Below, piece by piece: positions 56,339 to 64,000 of a stretch of DNA of 64,000 nucleotides. Made by a program: the position numbers and the translations under genes. The notes beneath the pieces are model-generated. The model saw only the letters and a list, made by a program, of their open reading frames with translations, had not been told where the DNA came from and did no database searches. The stretch comes from Bacteriovoracia bacterium (lineage in GTDB: Bacteria > Bdellovibrionota > UBA1018 > JBFWNL01): contig JBFWNL010000005.1 in assembly GCA_050251055.1 (NCBI GenBank), positions 64,001 to 128,000 of the forward strand, in the 5' to 3' direction. Position 1 is the first letter of the stretch, and every line of letters begins with the position of its first letter.

Positions 56339-57168
56339 GCCCGCGCGCATTCTATGGTGCATGGACGATCCTTCTCGTGGCCATGGCTCCCGTGGCGGCT
56401 GCAGCTCCGGTTGATTGCTCCTCCGCGTTTAGCCGGATTTTCGGCAAGCCGACAGCCGATATCCGGCTGGTGTTTGGGTATAAAGATGCGCGGCCGGCCC
56501 GCTTCGTGGGTGATCGCTACGAGCGAATGATGGTGATTCGCCGTTTGATGGCTCCGTGCGTGGCTGATCAGAGTGTTTGCGGATTTCGGCGCGATCCGGG
56601 GGATGCGGAGCTATTCCTAAAGGATATCCCCGGAGAAACGGGCGATACGACCGTGCGACTCCGCGTGGTCGCCAGTTCCGCCGGTCCGGACGACGATGCT
56701 AACCGTGAGGATCCTTTTCAATCTTGGTTGAGTCGCCGCGCCGAACAAGTGTTTCTATCCGGACTCCAGTTCGCGGACGTGGTTTTTTATCTCGGGCACT
56801 CTCGTTCCGGTGGGGGGCCGGACTTCACGCCGCCGCGGCTCGATTCCGCCCAGCACGCCGACTACGCTTGGTACAAGGCACAGGCGCCCGGCCTCAAGCG
56901 GATGCTTGAAAGTTTAGCGCGTGCGGACATTCCGCCCCGCTGGATCGGGTTGTTTTCATGTGTTTCGGAAAGGCATTTCCTGGAAGCATCGACCAAGGCT
57001 TTGCCTAGGTCGGTTCGGGGCGAGGTGGGATTCATCACTAGCGATCGGCTGCTCTACTATTGGGATTCGTTACAAAACGCGCTGGCGGCGCTGTCGGCCG
57101 TGTTGGGAAAAAGATGCGAGCCCGCCTTGAGCGGAGCCGTTTATGGCGACGCTCAGGCGGGCCCGTAA
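56335..57168 (+). CDS. Secreted hypothetical protein, possible His-Cys (caspase/CHAT-like) peptidase
   Basis: ATGA overlap with the upstream gene; VFYLGHS..G and IGLFSC motifs. Confidence 0.55.
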   Translation: MSPRAFYGAWTILLVAMAPVAAAAPVDCSSAFSRIFGKPTADIRLVFGYKDARPARFVGDRYERMMVIRRLMAPCVADQSVCGFRRDPGDAELFLKDIPGETGDTTVRLRVVASSAGPDDDANREDPFQSWLSRRAEQVFLSGLQFADVVFYLGHSRSGGGPDFTPPRLDSAQHADYAWYKAQAPGLKRMLESLARADIPPRWIGLFSCVSERHFLEASTKALPRSVRGEVGFITSDRLLYYWDSLQNALAALSAVLGKRCEPALSGAVYGDAQAGP

Positions 57169-57185
57169 ATCTTTATTAAATGGAA

Positions 57186-57365
57186 TTAGATACCGCGGCC
57201 GCTAGAGGCAGCGCCGAGGGAAAGCGAGTCGGAAGTTTGCATGGGGGCAGCTTCCGGAGCCGGGGCAGCCACGGCTACCGGTTCTTCCTGCTTCACTTCT
57301 TTGTTGCTGCAAGCAAACGCCATCATGGTTACGGCAGCTAAAAACAACGTCTTCAAGGTTTTCAT
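57186..57365 (-). CDS. Small lipoprotein (59 aa)
   Basis: Lipobox MAFAC, GGAG RBS, Ala/Pro linker, C-terminus LGAASSGRGI. Confidence 0.75.
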   Translation of the reverse strand: MKTLKTLFLAAVTMMAFACSNKEVKQEEPVAVAAPAPEAAPMQTSDSLSLGAASSGRGI

Positions 57366-57400
57366 AGTTTCATCTCCAAATAGGTTCAAGGCATACAATG

Positions 57401-57416
57401 TGCAAAGCATATGCCG
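57401..57416 (-). promoter_or_regulatory. Sigma54-type promoter
   Basis: Minus strand reads CGGCATATGCTTTGCA (GG-N10-GC). Confidence 0.55.
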
Positions 57417-57519
57417 CCGCGATAATACCGGAAGTATTTGAAACTTCAAGTGTTTTTGATAAAGCGCTCAGGGTAATTTGGGCGGTGTTGTCACAAAATT
57501 ACCCGCAACTGTTGAAACT

Positions 57520-58074
57520 CTAGACAAATTTCCAAAGGTAGGTGGGTTGGCCCCAGAGCCCCGCGACCTGACGAAAGCCGGCATTCATGAAACGCGTGTT
57601 CCACCAAGCTTCCGAACGCAGCGTACGGCGGTAGGAATCGCGGCAGGCATTTCCCAAAAAAGAGCCCTCGTAGTGGAAATAGCGGCATTTCTTCCCGGCG
57701 GTGATGAGAAACGGCTCGATCTCCGCGGGCCGAAGGTACATGAGGGAGTTGGAGAAAATGAGGTCAAAGCGCGGGCATTCCTGGATATAGTCGCGCATGT
57801 CGCGAAGCTCGATCCGCGCCCGCAGGGCGCGGGGAATACGGGTAAATGCCCACGGGCTGAATTCGCAGCCGTAGGGAGTTCGGTGTAATCGCTTGCGGAA
57901 AATCCGAAGGACCTGGCCGGTGCCGGCCCCGAGCACGCAGATCGTGCGTAACCGCGGCGCCCCAGGCGCCTTGAAAAGTTCAATGCACTCGTCGACGGCG
58001 CTATATTCCCGAAAAACTTGGGAATAGGACTTTCCCGAGCCCGCGTAGCGCTGAAAGTACTTTTGGTCAAACAT
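57520..58074 (-). CDS. Class I SAM-dependent methyltransferase
   Basis: VLGAGTG, GCEFS, FDLIFS. Confidence 0.75.
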   Translation of the reverse strand: MFDQKYFQRYAGSGKSYSQVFREYSAVDECIELFKAPGAPRLRTICVLGAGTGQVLRIFRKRLHRTPYGCEFSPWAFTRIPRALRARIELRDMRDYIQECPRFDLIFSNSLMYLRPAEIEPFLITAGKKCRYFHYEGSFLGNACRDSYRRTLRSEAWWNTRFMNAGFRQVAGLWGQPTYLWKFV

Positions 58075-58201
58075 GAAGGAATCCTATGTAAAAAAGGCCC
58101 TCCGGGATGGCAACGAAATACGCTTTTGATAGCCACCAAATTTGACATCGCGCTTCAAAGCATGCTATCGCGGTGCATCCTGACCGACTCGTCAGGACAG
58201 T

Positions 58202-59149
58202 TTGGGGGGAGTCTTGAAGCAGAATCGTAATTTTTTTTGGGTGAGTTTACTGGGCGTCCTGGTCTTGGGCTCCGTAACGCCGGTGGAAGCGAATGTCTCT
58301 TCCGTGCTGCGCCGGTTGGCCGGCCCGATTGGCCGCTTCTTCGTCCAGGAAACGAGTGAGGGGCAAGCGCTTTTGCGCAGCCTGGGAGCGAGCGACGAAC
58401 GGGCCTTGGCCCTCAAGCTCATGGCTCCGGACGCGAACGAGCTTGCGAATAGCTTGGGCGGACGGTTGAGAACGATCGAGCGGGAACTCTTTTACCGCTC
58501 ATTGTTAGATGACGCATTCGACGCCGAATCAGTCCTGAGAACCTTGATCGCTTCCGAACTCAAGCTCGCGGCCCGCGTGCCGGGCCGGATATCCTTTGTC
58601 ATTTCCGAGACGGAAGAAACTTATCGAGCGACGGTACTCGCCGTGGAGGCCAAGTTGAAGGAAACCAAGCAGGCCTCCTCGTTAGTGGGAAAGGTCCTCG
58701 CGCGATCACAGTCCAAGTTCGTGGGGACTGAGCTGGATCTACGCTTCGGGCATTGGCAGAGCGTGAAGGCGGAGATGAATACGCCGGGATTGCGCGCGGG
58801 GCGCGCGGTATTCGAGGACTGTCAGTTAGTCGAGGCGGTTTGGTTGGACGCGCAGGCCGCCCGGGCCGAGATCGTCGGCGGCACGGTGGAAAACATGATT
58901 GCCGACGGCGCTAATTTCCAAAATTCGATTTGGCGTGGGCAGATTCGCATCGATGGCGCGAGCTTCCGCCACGCGGACTTTCGTGGAGCGGACATGCGCG
59001 GTATGGAGGCCGGAACTCTCTTCGACGCCGGCCGCGCCCACGGGCTGATTGGCCGCGTGGATTTCACGGGCGCGATCTTTGACGAGGCGACGAAGTTGCC
59101 CTTTCCGCGGGAACGGGCACTCGAGCTAGGGATGGTGTTTCTTCGGTAG
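58202..59149 (+). CDS. Secreted protein with C-terminal pentapeptide repeats
   Basis: ASFRHADFRGADMRG; capping motif GAIFDEATKLPF..LGM. Confidence 0.75.
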   Translation: MGGVLKQNRNFFWVSLLGVLVLGSVTPVEANVSSVLRRLAGPIGRFFVQETSEGQALLRSLGASDERALALKLMAPDANELANSLGGRLRTIERELFYRSLLDDAFDAESVLRTLIASELKLAARVPGRISFVISETEETYRATVLAVEAKLKETKQASSLVGKVLARSQSKFVGTELDLRFGHWQSVKAEMNTPGLRAGRAVFEDCQLVEAVWLDAQAARAEIVGGTVENMIADGANFQNSIWRGQIRIDGASFRHADFRGADMRGMEAGTLFDAGRAHGLIGRVDFTGAIFDEATKLPFPRERALELGMVFLR

Positions 59150-60280
59150 CTTCACTACGAAGCACGTCTGGGGACAGGCTTCGTCGATGTAGAGCTGGCC
59201 TCGGTGGCGGAGCACGATCTGCCGGGAGATGCTGAGACCTAGCCCGCTGCCCTGGCCGGGGGGTTTGGTGGTGAACAAGGGTTCGAAGATCCGGTGCCGC
59301 ACATTTTCGGGGACCCCCCTTCCGCCATCAGTTACCTTTATGCTCACGGTATCTGAGCTTGAGACGGATTCGATCCGAATCCACCGTCGATCGGCGGGCA
59401 GCCCCGTTACGGCATCGGTTGCGTTGTTCAGTAAATTCACAATCAGCTGAAAGATCTGTACCCCCGAGCATTCGGCTTCGAAATTTTCCAGCGGGGTTGA
59501 GATTTCGAGGCGTGCGTTCGCGTCCCTTAAACGGTGGGCGCAAAAATCCGCGGCTTCTTGGATGACTCGCGACAAATTGGTCTCTGTCACGACGGCGTTT
59601 TCGCCATCAGCCGAAAGCTTCCGCATTCCCTCCACGATCTCATTCGCCTTGCCGGAAGCGGCGTGAAGCTTCTCGATGACTTCGCGTAGTTTTATCAGAT
59701 CGGGAGGCATCGCCTCTAGGCGGCGCTGCAGCTCTTCCACGCGAAGCTGGATCACCGCCAGGGGATTGCGTACCTCGTGAGCGACGTGCATGGCCGCCTC
59801 GCCCGCGTTGACGAACTTGCCTAGCCGGGAGAGGTTTTTCTCGTGCATCTCAAGCCGTTGCTCTAGGCTGAGCAGTCTTCCGGCGAGCTCCGCCAGCGCG
59901 CATAGTCGTGCGCGCTGCACATCGGAGAGGTGCCGAGGTTCGCGATCCATCACGCAGAGCGTGCCGATCGCTTCCCCTCGTGAGTCGAGCACGGGAATCC
60001 CGGCATAAAAGCGCAGATCTGGATGCTTGCGTAAGATCGGAAAGTCGTAAGCCGCCGTATCTACGGAGATGTCGGGTATTTCGTGTAAGGATCGGGTCGA
60101 AAGAGCCTGCTCGCAAAACGCGCGTCCCCGAGGCTGTTCGTCCATTTCGATAGCGTGGGATGAGTAGGCTTTCCAACCCGTCTCGTCCACGCGGTTCAAC
60201 ATGGCATAGGGGGTCTCGCAAAGCTCGGATGCCAGCGTCACCCAGGTTTTTGCCACTGTATCCACGTCGGGGGAGCTCAT
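59126..60280 (-). CDS. GAF-domain sensor histidine kinase (cytoplasmic)
   Basis: RFYAGIP..GTLCVMD GAF; HEVRNPL, NLLNNA, DGGRG, GSGLGL. Confidence 0.93.
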   Translation of the reverse strand: MSSPDVDTVAKTWVTLASELCETPYAMLNRVDETGWKAYSSHAIEMDEQPRGRAFCEQALSTRSLHEIPDISVDTAAYDFPILRKHPDLRFYAGIPVLDSRGEAIGTLCVMDREPRHLSDVQRARLCALAELAGRLLSLEQRLEMHEKNLSRLGKFVNAGEAAMHVAHEVRNPLAVIQLRVEELQRRLEAMPPDLIKLREVIEKLHAASGKANEIVEGMRKLSADGENAVVTETNLSRVIQEAADFCAHRLRDANARLEISTPLENFEAECSGVQIFQLIVNLLNNATDAVTGLPADRRWIRIESVSSSDTVSIKVTDGGRGVPENVRHRIFEPLFTTKPPGQGSGLGLSISRQIVLRHRGQLYIDEACPQTCFVVKLPKKHHP

Positions 60281-60384
60281 CGTTCCGAAGCTATACGGAC
60301 AAAATCGGTTTCCTAGAAGTAAAGATCCCTTAACTTGAGTTGGAGTTTCTCATGAATGCCGCGTGACGCGCGTCATGGGGGTGT

Positions 60385-61098
60385 ATGTGGTTAGCTTTAA
60401 TTAACTTGTCGCCATTCCGGTTTGCCCCGACGATTTCCCCACCTCAAATGACAAACGTAGGGTTTGGGTCTTTCTCATTTTCGCATTCAGTGCTGGGAAT
60501 CCAGTGGGAGAAGCACTTTCCCTGGCCCGCCACGCCGAGCATCGAGGTGCGGCCGGGAAGTTTTCCCCGCTTCATGGATTTTCTCCAGACCCATCAGGCC
60601 AGGCTATTCGCGGATTCAGTTTCCGCGGGGGGATTTCTGTCGGAGCCATTCAGTTCCAATAAGCGCCGGTACTACGAGTTAGCTGGCGACTTTCTCGAGT
60701 TCTTTGCGGACGGCCGACCCGTCGGTTATTTCATTGGCAACGTGCAGGACTGGAATACTTACTACTTGAGGTTCTGCGCGATATTGCCGGAGTACCGTGG
60801 ATCCCCCGCGTACGCGCGATTTTTACGACACCTTTTGGAGATCTTGCCGGTTTATGGCGTGGAAAGAGTGGAAGCCCACGTGTCTCCCGCGAACTTTGTA
60901 AACCTTCACATGCTGACGAAGCTGCAGTTCAACGTCTCTGGACAATGCCTCAGCGAGCGCTGGGGAGCGCTATTGCATTTTACGAAGTTCCTGAGCGCTC
61001 GGCATGAAAACGTCTTCCTGAAGCAGTTCTGTAATAGTGATTGGCCTCAGGTGAGGAATCGTGCTGGTTCCGATGATCTTACGCCGATGAGCGTGTGA
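60385..61098 (+). CDS. GNAT-fold acyltransferase (likely start ATG 60448)
   Basis: YYLRFCAILPEYRG, VSPAN....LTKLQF. Confidence 0.75.
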   Translation: MWLALINLSPFRFAPTISPPQMTNVGFGSFSFSHSVLGIQWEKHFPWPATPSIEVRPGSFPRFMDFLQTHQARLFADSVSAGGFLSEPFSSNKRRYYELAGDFLEFFADGRPVGYFIGNVQDWNTYYLRFCAILPEYRGSPAYARFLRHLLEILPVYGVERVEAHVSPANFVNLHMLTKLQFNVSGQCLSERWGALLHFTKFLSARHENVFLKQFCNSDWPQVRNRAGSDDLTPMSV

Positions 61099-61113
61099 AA
61101 GGGGGATTGGATC

Positions 61114-61143
61114 ATGAAAAAGTTCGCAAAATGGTGCGCCTAA
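61114..61143 (+). CDS. Putative 9-aa precursor peptide MKKFAKWCA (absent from the ORF track)
   Basis: AAGGGGGA RBS 7 nt before ATG AAA AAG TTC GCA AAA TGG TGC GCC TAA; lies between the GNAT and the HDO/YcaO genes. Confidence 0.65.
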   Translation: MKKFAKWCA

Positions 61144-61157
61144 TTTTCTGAACGAGT

Positions 61158-61198
61158 GTCTCCCTCGCGCCATCCCTCACGGGTGGCTCGGGGGAGGC
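61158..61198 (+). terminator. Stem-loop downstream of the mini-ORF
   Basis: GTCTCCCTCGCGCCATCC pairs with GGGTGGCTCGGGGGAGGC (17 of 18 pairs including G-U), 5-nt loop. Confidence 0.65.
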
Positions 61199-61220
61199 TT
61201 GAATTTTTCCTGGAGGTAAT

Positions 61221-61880
61221 GTGATTTCCGAAGTTATCCGTAAGACAATCGAAGACGAAACGAATAATATCCTGGCGGAAAACCGCCTAGTGGCGAAGGT
61301 GAAGAGCGGCCAGCTGGACCCCCGTGATTTTCGCCTCTATCTATATAATTTAAAATACGCTTTCTCCAATACTCCACCCAATCTCGAGCGGGCGGCTCGC
61401 CTCGCCGCTGAGCGAGGACATTCGTTGGTTTCCGAGTTCATGCTGGAAAAGCTAAGCGAAGAGATCGGACACGATCTATGGCCCGAAGCCGATCTGAAGA
61501 AAACCTCCGACCTGGCGAATCCCGAGGGCGAGAATCTGTACGTTACTCAGGCGACGAAAGACCTCATGGATTATACGGCCGCGGTCGTCACCGAAGATCC
61601 CCGCGTTTATCTTTCCTATCTTACCTTCACCGAATACTTTACGGTGCTGGCCGCCCCGCAGTTCCTGCAGGACATGGAAGACAAGTGCGGTATCGCCAAA
61701 GATAAGGTGAGCGCGATTGCCAATCACGAAGAATCCGACCGCGAGCACTCGAAGGAAGATTTCAAGGTTTTCGATCAGCTGGAGATGGACGATCAGTTGC
61801 GCGAACAGCTCGTGACCGCGGTCAAGCGTTCCGCGCGTTTGGTCGGCAACGCCATGAACGCTTGTGTTCAGGCGTCATGA
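61221..61880 (+). CDS. Heme-oxygenase-like diiron oxidase (PqqC/CADD/TenA superfamily)
   Basis: EEIGH, FTE, HEESDREH ligand pattern; GGAGG RBS. Confidence 0.8.
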   Translation: MISEVIRKTIEDETNNILAENRLVAKVKSGQLDPRDFRLYLYNLKYAFSNTPPNLERAARLAAERGHSLVSEFMLEKLSEEIGHDLWPEADLKKTSDLANPEGENLYVTQATKDLMDYTAAVVTEDPRVYLSYLTFTEYFTVLAAPQFLQDMEDKCGIAKDKVSAIANHEESDREHSKEDFKVFDQLEMDDQLREQLVTAVKRSARLVGNAMNACVQAS

Positions 61881-62899
61881 GGCCGGAGTGGCCGGCGTTG
61901 CCGGCGGGGTGCGGGCTGCTCGAGGTCTTTGAGTCCGAGTTCGCCCTTGGCGCCACGAGCTACCGCATGGTGGGCATGAGCGCGCCCTCGAGCCGCCATG
62001 GCGAGGTGGTCGGCAGCGCCGTGGGTACGGGACCGGACACATCCCAGCGCGCATATTTCGAGCTCTGGGAACGTGCGGTCCTGTTCGATGCGGACGCGCG
62101 CGCGCAGGAGGACACGGAGCATCCCGGGTTTCCCGGGTTGGCTTTCGATGGAACGCCGCTGGGCCGGTTGGAGCCGACCGCGGTTTTCCCACGTTCCCCG
62201 AGTCCGGAAACTTGGACTTATGCGCGATCTAGCGGAGTAGCGGCGCATGCTGATCTGACCCGGGCGTGCATGTCCGCGGTTTGGGAGTTGATCGAGCGAG
62301 ATCGCGTCTTGCGTGCTTGGTGGGGGCAGTACGTGCCGCGTCCCCTGAGTGGCGTTCCTGCCGGGGCACTGGAGACCGTGAACGAGCGGTTCGCGGCCCG
62401 ATTTTGGGATTTTGGCTGCGGAGTGGTGGGCGTATTCGGACCCGCGCGTCAGTCGGGCAAGCCATTTCTGATGGGATTTGGCGCCGGCGCTAACGTGGCC
62501 GAGGCTTGCGATCACGCCTTGCGGGATGCGATTCAACGGGTGGCTTTTCTCTGGGATGAGCCCGCCGCGGATCCGAATCCACAGGCGGAGATCGAGTTTC
62601 GGCCCTCCGTCGACTTCCACTTGGAGAGCTTCCTGCTTCCGCGCAGCTTTGATCGCGTGCAGGCGTGGCTTGACGGAAAGCATCTAGGTCGCGTACCGGG
62701 GTTGGTCCCGGCGGCGCCGGAGGCCTACCGGCTGGAGAGCTTCGCTTTCGCGGATATTACCCCGGAGGGGAGCCGATCCCACGGTCGCGTCGTGCGCGCG
62801 ATTTCGCCCGTTCTGATTCCGTTGTGCTTTGGACGCGGAAACGCGCGGGTGGCTCCAGGCGGGATGCCCGAAGGGCTATGGATTCATCCCTTCGCCTGA
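61877..62899 (+). CDS. YcaO-family protein (compact)
   Basis: AYFELWER, SSGVAAH, ELIERD ATP-binding motifs; C-terminus IHPFA; ATGA coupling to the HDO gene. Confidence 0.8.
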   Translation: MRPEWPALPAGCGLLEVFESEFALGATSYRMVGMSAPSSRHGEVVGSAVGTGPDTSQRAYFELWERAVLFDADARAQEDTEHPGFPGLAFDGTPLGRLEPTAVFPRSPSPETWTYARSSGVAAHADLTRACMSAVWELIERDRVLRAWWGQYVPRPLSGVPAGALETVNERFAARFWDFGCGVVGVFGPARQSGKPFLMGFGAGANVAEACDHALRDAIQRVAFLWDEPAADPNPQAEIEFRPSVDFHLESFLLPRSFDRVQAWLDGKHLGRVPGLVPAAPEAYRLESFAFADITPEGSRSHGRVVRAISPVLIPLCFGRGNARVAPGGMPEGLWIHPFA

Positions 62900-63565
62900 G
62901 AGGGTGTAGCCGTCGGGCGACTGAAACTGAATTTCGACGTCTAACTGGGATAACTTCTTCCGTAAATTGTACAGATGCACGTCGAGTGTTTTTGCGGAAA
63001 CCGTGACGTTCTTCCAAACTTCATCCTGCATTTCCTTGCGGCGGACGATGCGGCCGCGCGCGCGGTGCAGGAGGGAAAAGATTTGAAGCTCTCGTGCGGT
63101 CAATTGCGCCAAAACGTCATCCCCCTTCTTGAGGGCTAGGGCAGTGGGGTCGAAGGTGAATTTGGAATCCAGGTTTCCGCGGGTAGCGGGAGTGAGAAAG
63201 AACCGCTCGATTTTCACGATTAGCTCTGAGCGCGTAAACGGCTTAGTCAGGTAGTCAATGGCGCCTTCCTTGAAGCAGGTCTGCAGAATTTCGATGTTGT
63301 CGCAGGACGACACTACCAGGAAAGGGATCGAATTGGGCAGCAGGGCTTCTTGCTGGGAAAGGAACTCGAAGAAATGCCCGTCCGGAAGGGTAAGATCGGC
63401 GATGAGCAGATGGGGCGTCTCCGCGGCGTTGGCTTTCAGAGCCTTGAAGTTTTCGCTAAATTCTCGCAGGCATTTAAAGATCCGTATTTCATATTTGCTG
63501 CCTAATATCTCTCGATAGACAAAGAGCGCGTCGGTATCATCCTCTACGATCCAGATCTTTTTCAT
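62876..63565 (-). CDS. OmpR-type response regulator
   Basis: IVEDD, DLTLPDG, DYLTKPF receiver; winged-helix LDVHLYNLRKKL. Confidence 0.92.
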   Translation of the reverse strand: MKKIWIVEDDTDALFVYREILGSKYEIRIFKCLREFSENFKALKANAAETPHLLIADLTLPDGHFFEFLSQQEALLPNSIPFLVVSSCDNIEILQTCFKEGAIDYLTKPFTRSELIVKIERFFLTPATRGNLDSKFTFDPTALALKKGDDVLAQLTARELQIFSLLHRARGRIVRRKEMQDEVWKNVTVSAKTLDVHLYNLRKKLSQLDVEIQFQSPDGYTLSGEGMNP

Positions 63566-63999
63566 ACGAATTCCTCAAGGCGAGTCGATGTCGTTGGAGT
63601 TTCCACCCTCATCCCCGGCTTTTCGGCCGCAGCGCGGGGCAGGCGTAGGTTGAAGTGACTACCCGGTAGGCCGGTCGGATCCATCGCTTCCAAGGTTCCC
63701 CCCGCGAGCTCCACTAGCCGGCGGGTCAAACGTAATCCTAACCCGATTCGGGCCTGGGAGTTCGTGAGTTGCTCAAAGCGTTCCGGAGTCAAGCCGCTGC
63801 CGTAGTCCCGGATGGAAATCTCGACCGCGTCCGCAGATTCGGCGACGAGGCTAACCTCGATCGTGCACTCGGCCAAGCGGAGAGACGCTCGGTGGCGCAG
63901 AAAATCTTCGATACTGTTGCGATACAAGTTATCCAGGATATGAATTAGGTCAATTTGGGGCATGCTCACCCTGACACTGTGAAGGGCCGGATCCAGCGG
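63562..63999 (-). CDS. Histidine kinase, C-terminal HATPase part (truncated by the window end)
   Basis: NLYRNS, DYGSG, GLGL; frame is open to the window edge; 4-nt overlap with the response regulator. Confidence 0.8.
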   Translation of the reverse strand, partial: PLDPALHSVRVSMPQIDLIHILDNLYRNSIEDFLRHRASLRLAECTIEVSLVAESADAVEISIRDYGSGLTPERFEQLTNSQARIGLGLRLTRRLVELAGGTLEAMDPTGLPGSHFNLRLPRAAAEKPGMRVETPTTSTRLEEFV

Positions 64000-64000
64000 G

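Overview
GC-rich bacterial chromosomal window with about 57 CDS. I saw no rRNA, tRNA, CRISPR array or mobile element. The many orphan secreted proteins and lipoproteins suggest a Bdellovibrionota/Oligoflexia-like organism (inference only). Housekeeping genes include proA, proC, a TerC-family gene, fumC, a PTPS/QueD, thioesterases, an amino-acid ABC transporter, an ATM1-like exporter, a SWIM-SNF2 helicase and a rhomboid. Three loci stand out. (1) 60.4-62.9 kb: GNAT, an unannotated 9-codon ORF (MKKFAKWCA, with its own RBS and a 3' stem-loop), a heme-oxygenase-like diiron enzyme and a YcaO, flanked by two-component genes; this is a candidate minimal RiPP or peptide-signal system. (2) 4.3-14 kb: a duplicated module of an FGE/sulfatase-fold protein plus a signal-peptide-bearing dikinase with the His-domain then ATP-grasp order of glucan,water dikinases. 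(3) 28.2-31.5 kb: a sigma54-type promoter, a ~210-nt structured leader, a secreted pre-pro-protein with a 39% Tyr core, a stem-loop, a subtilase and a CxxCH protein, with a lipidated Tyr-rich paralog nearby. All calls come from reading motifs by eye; no searches were run.
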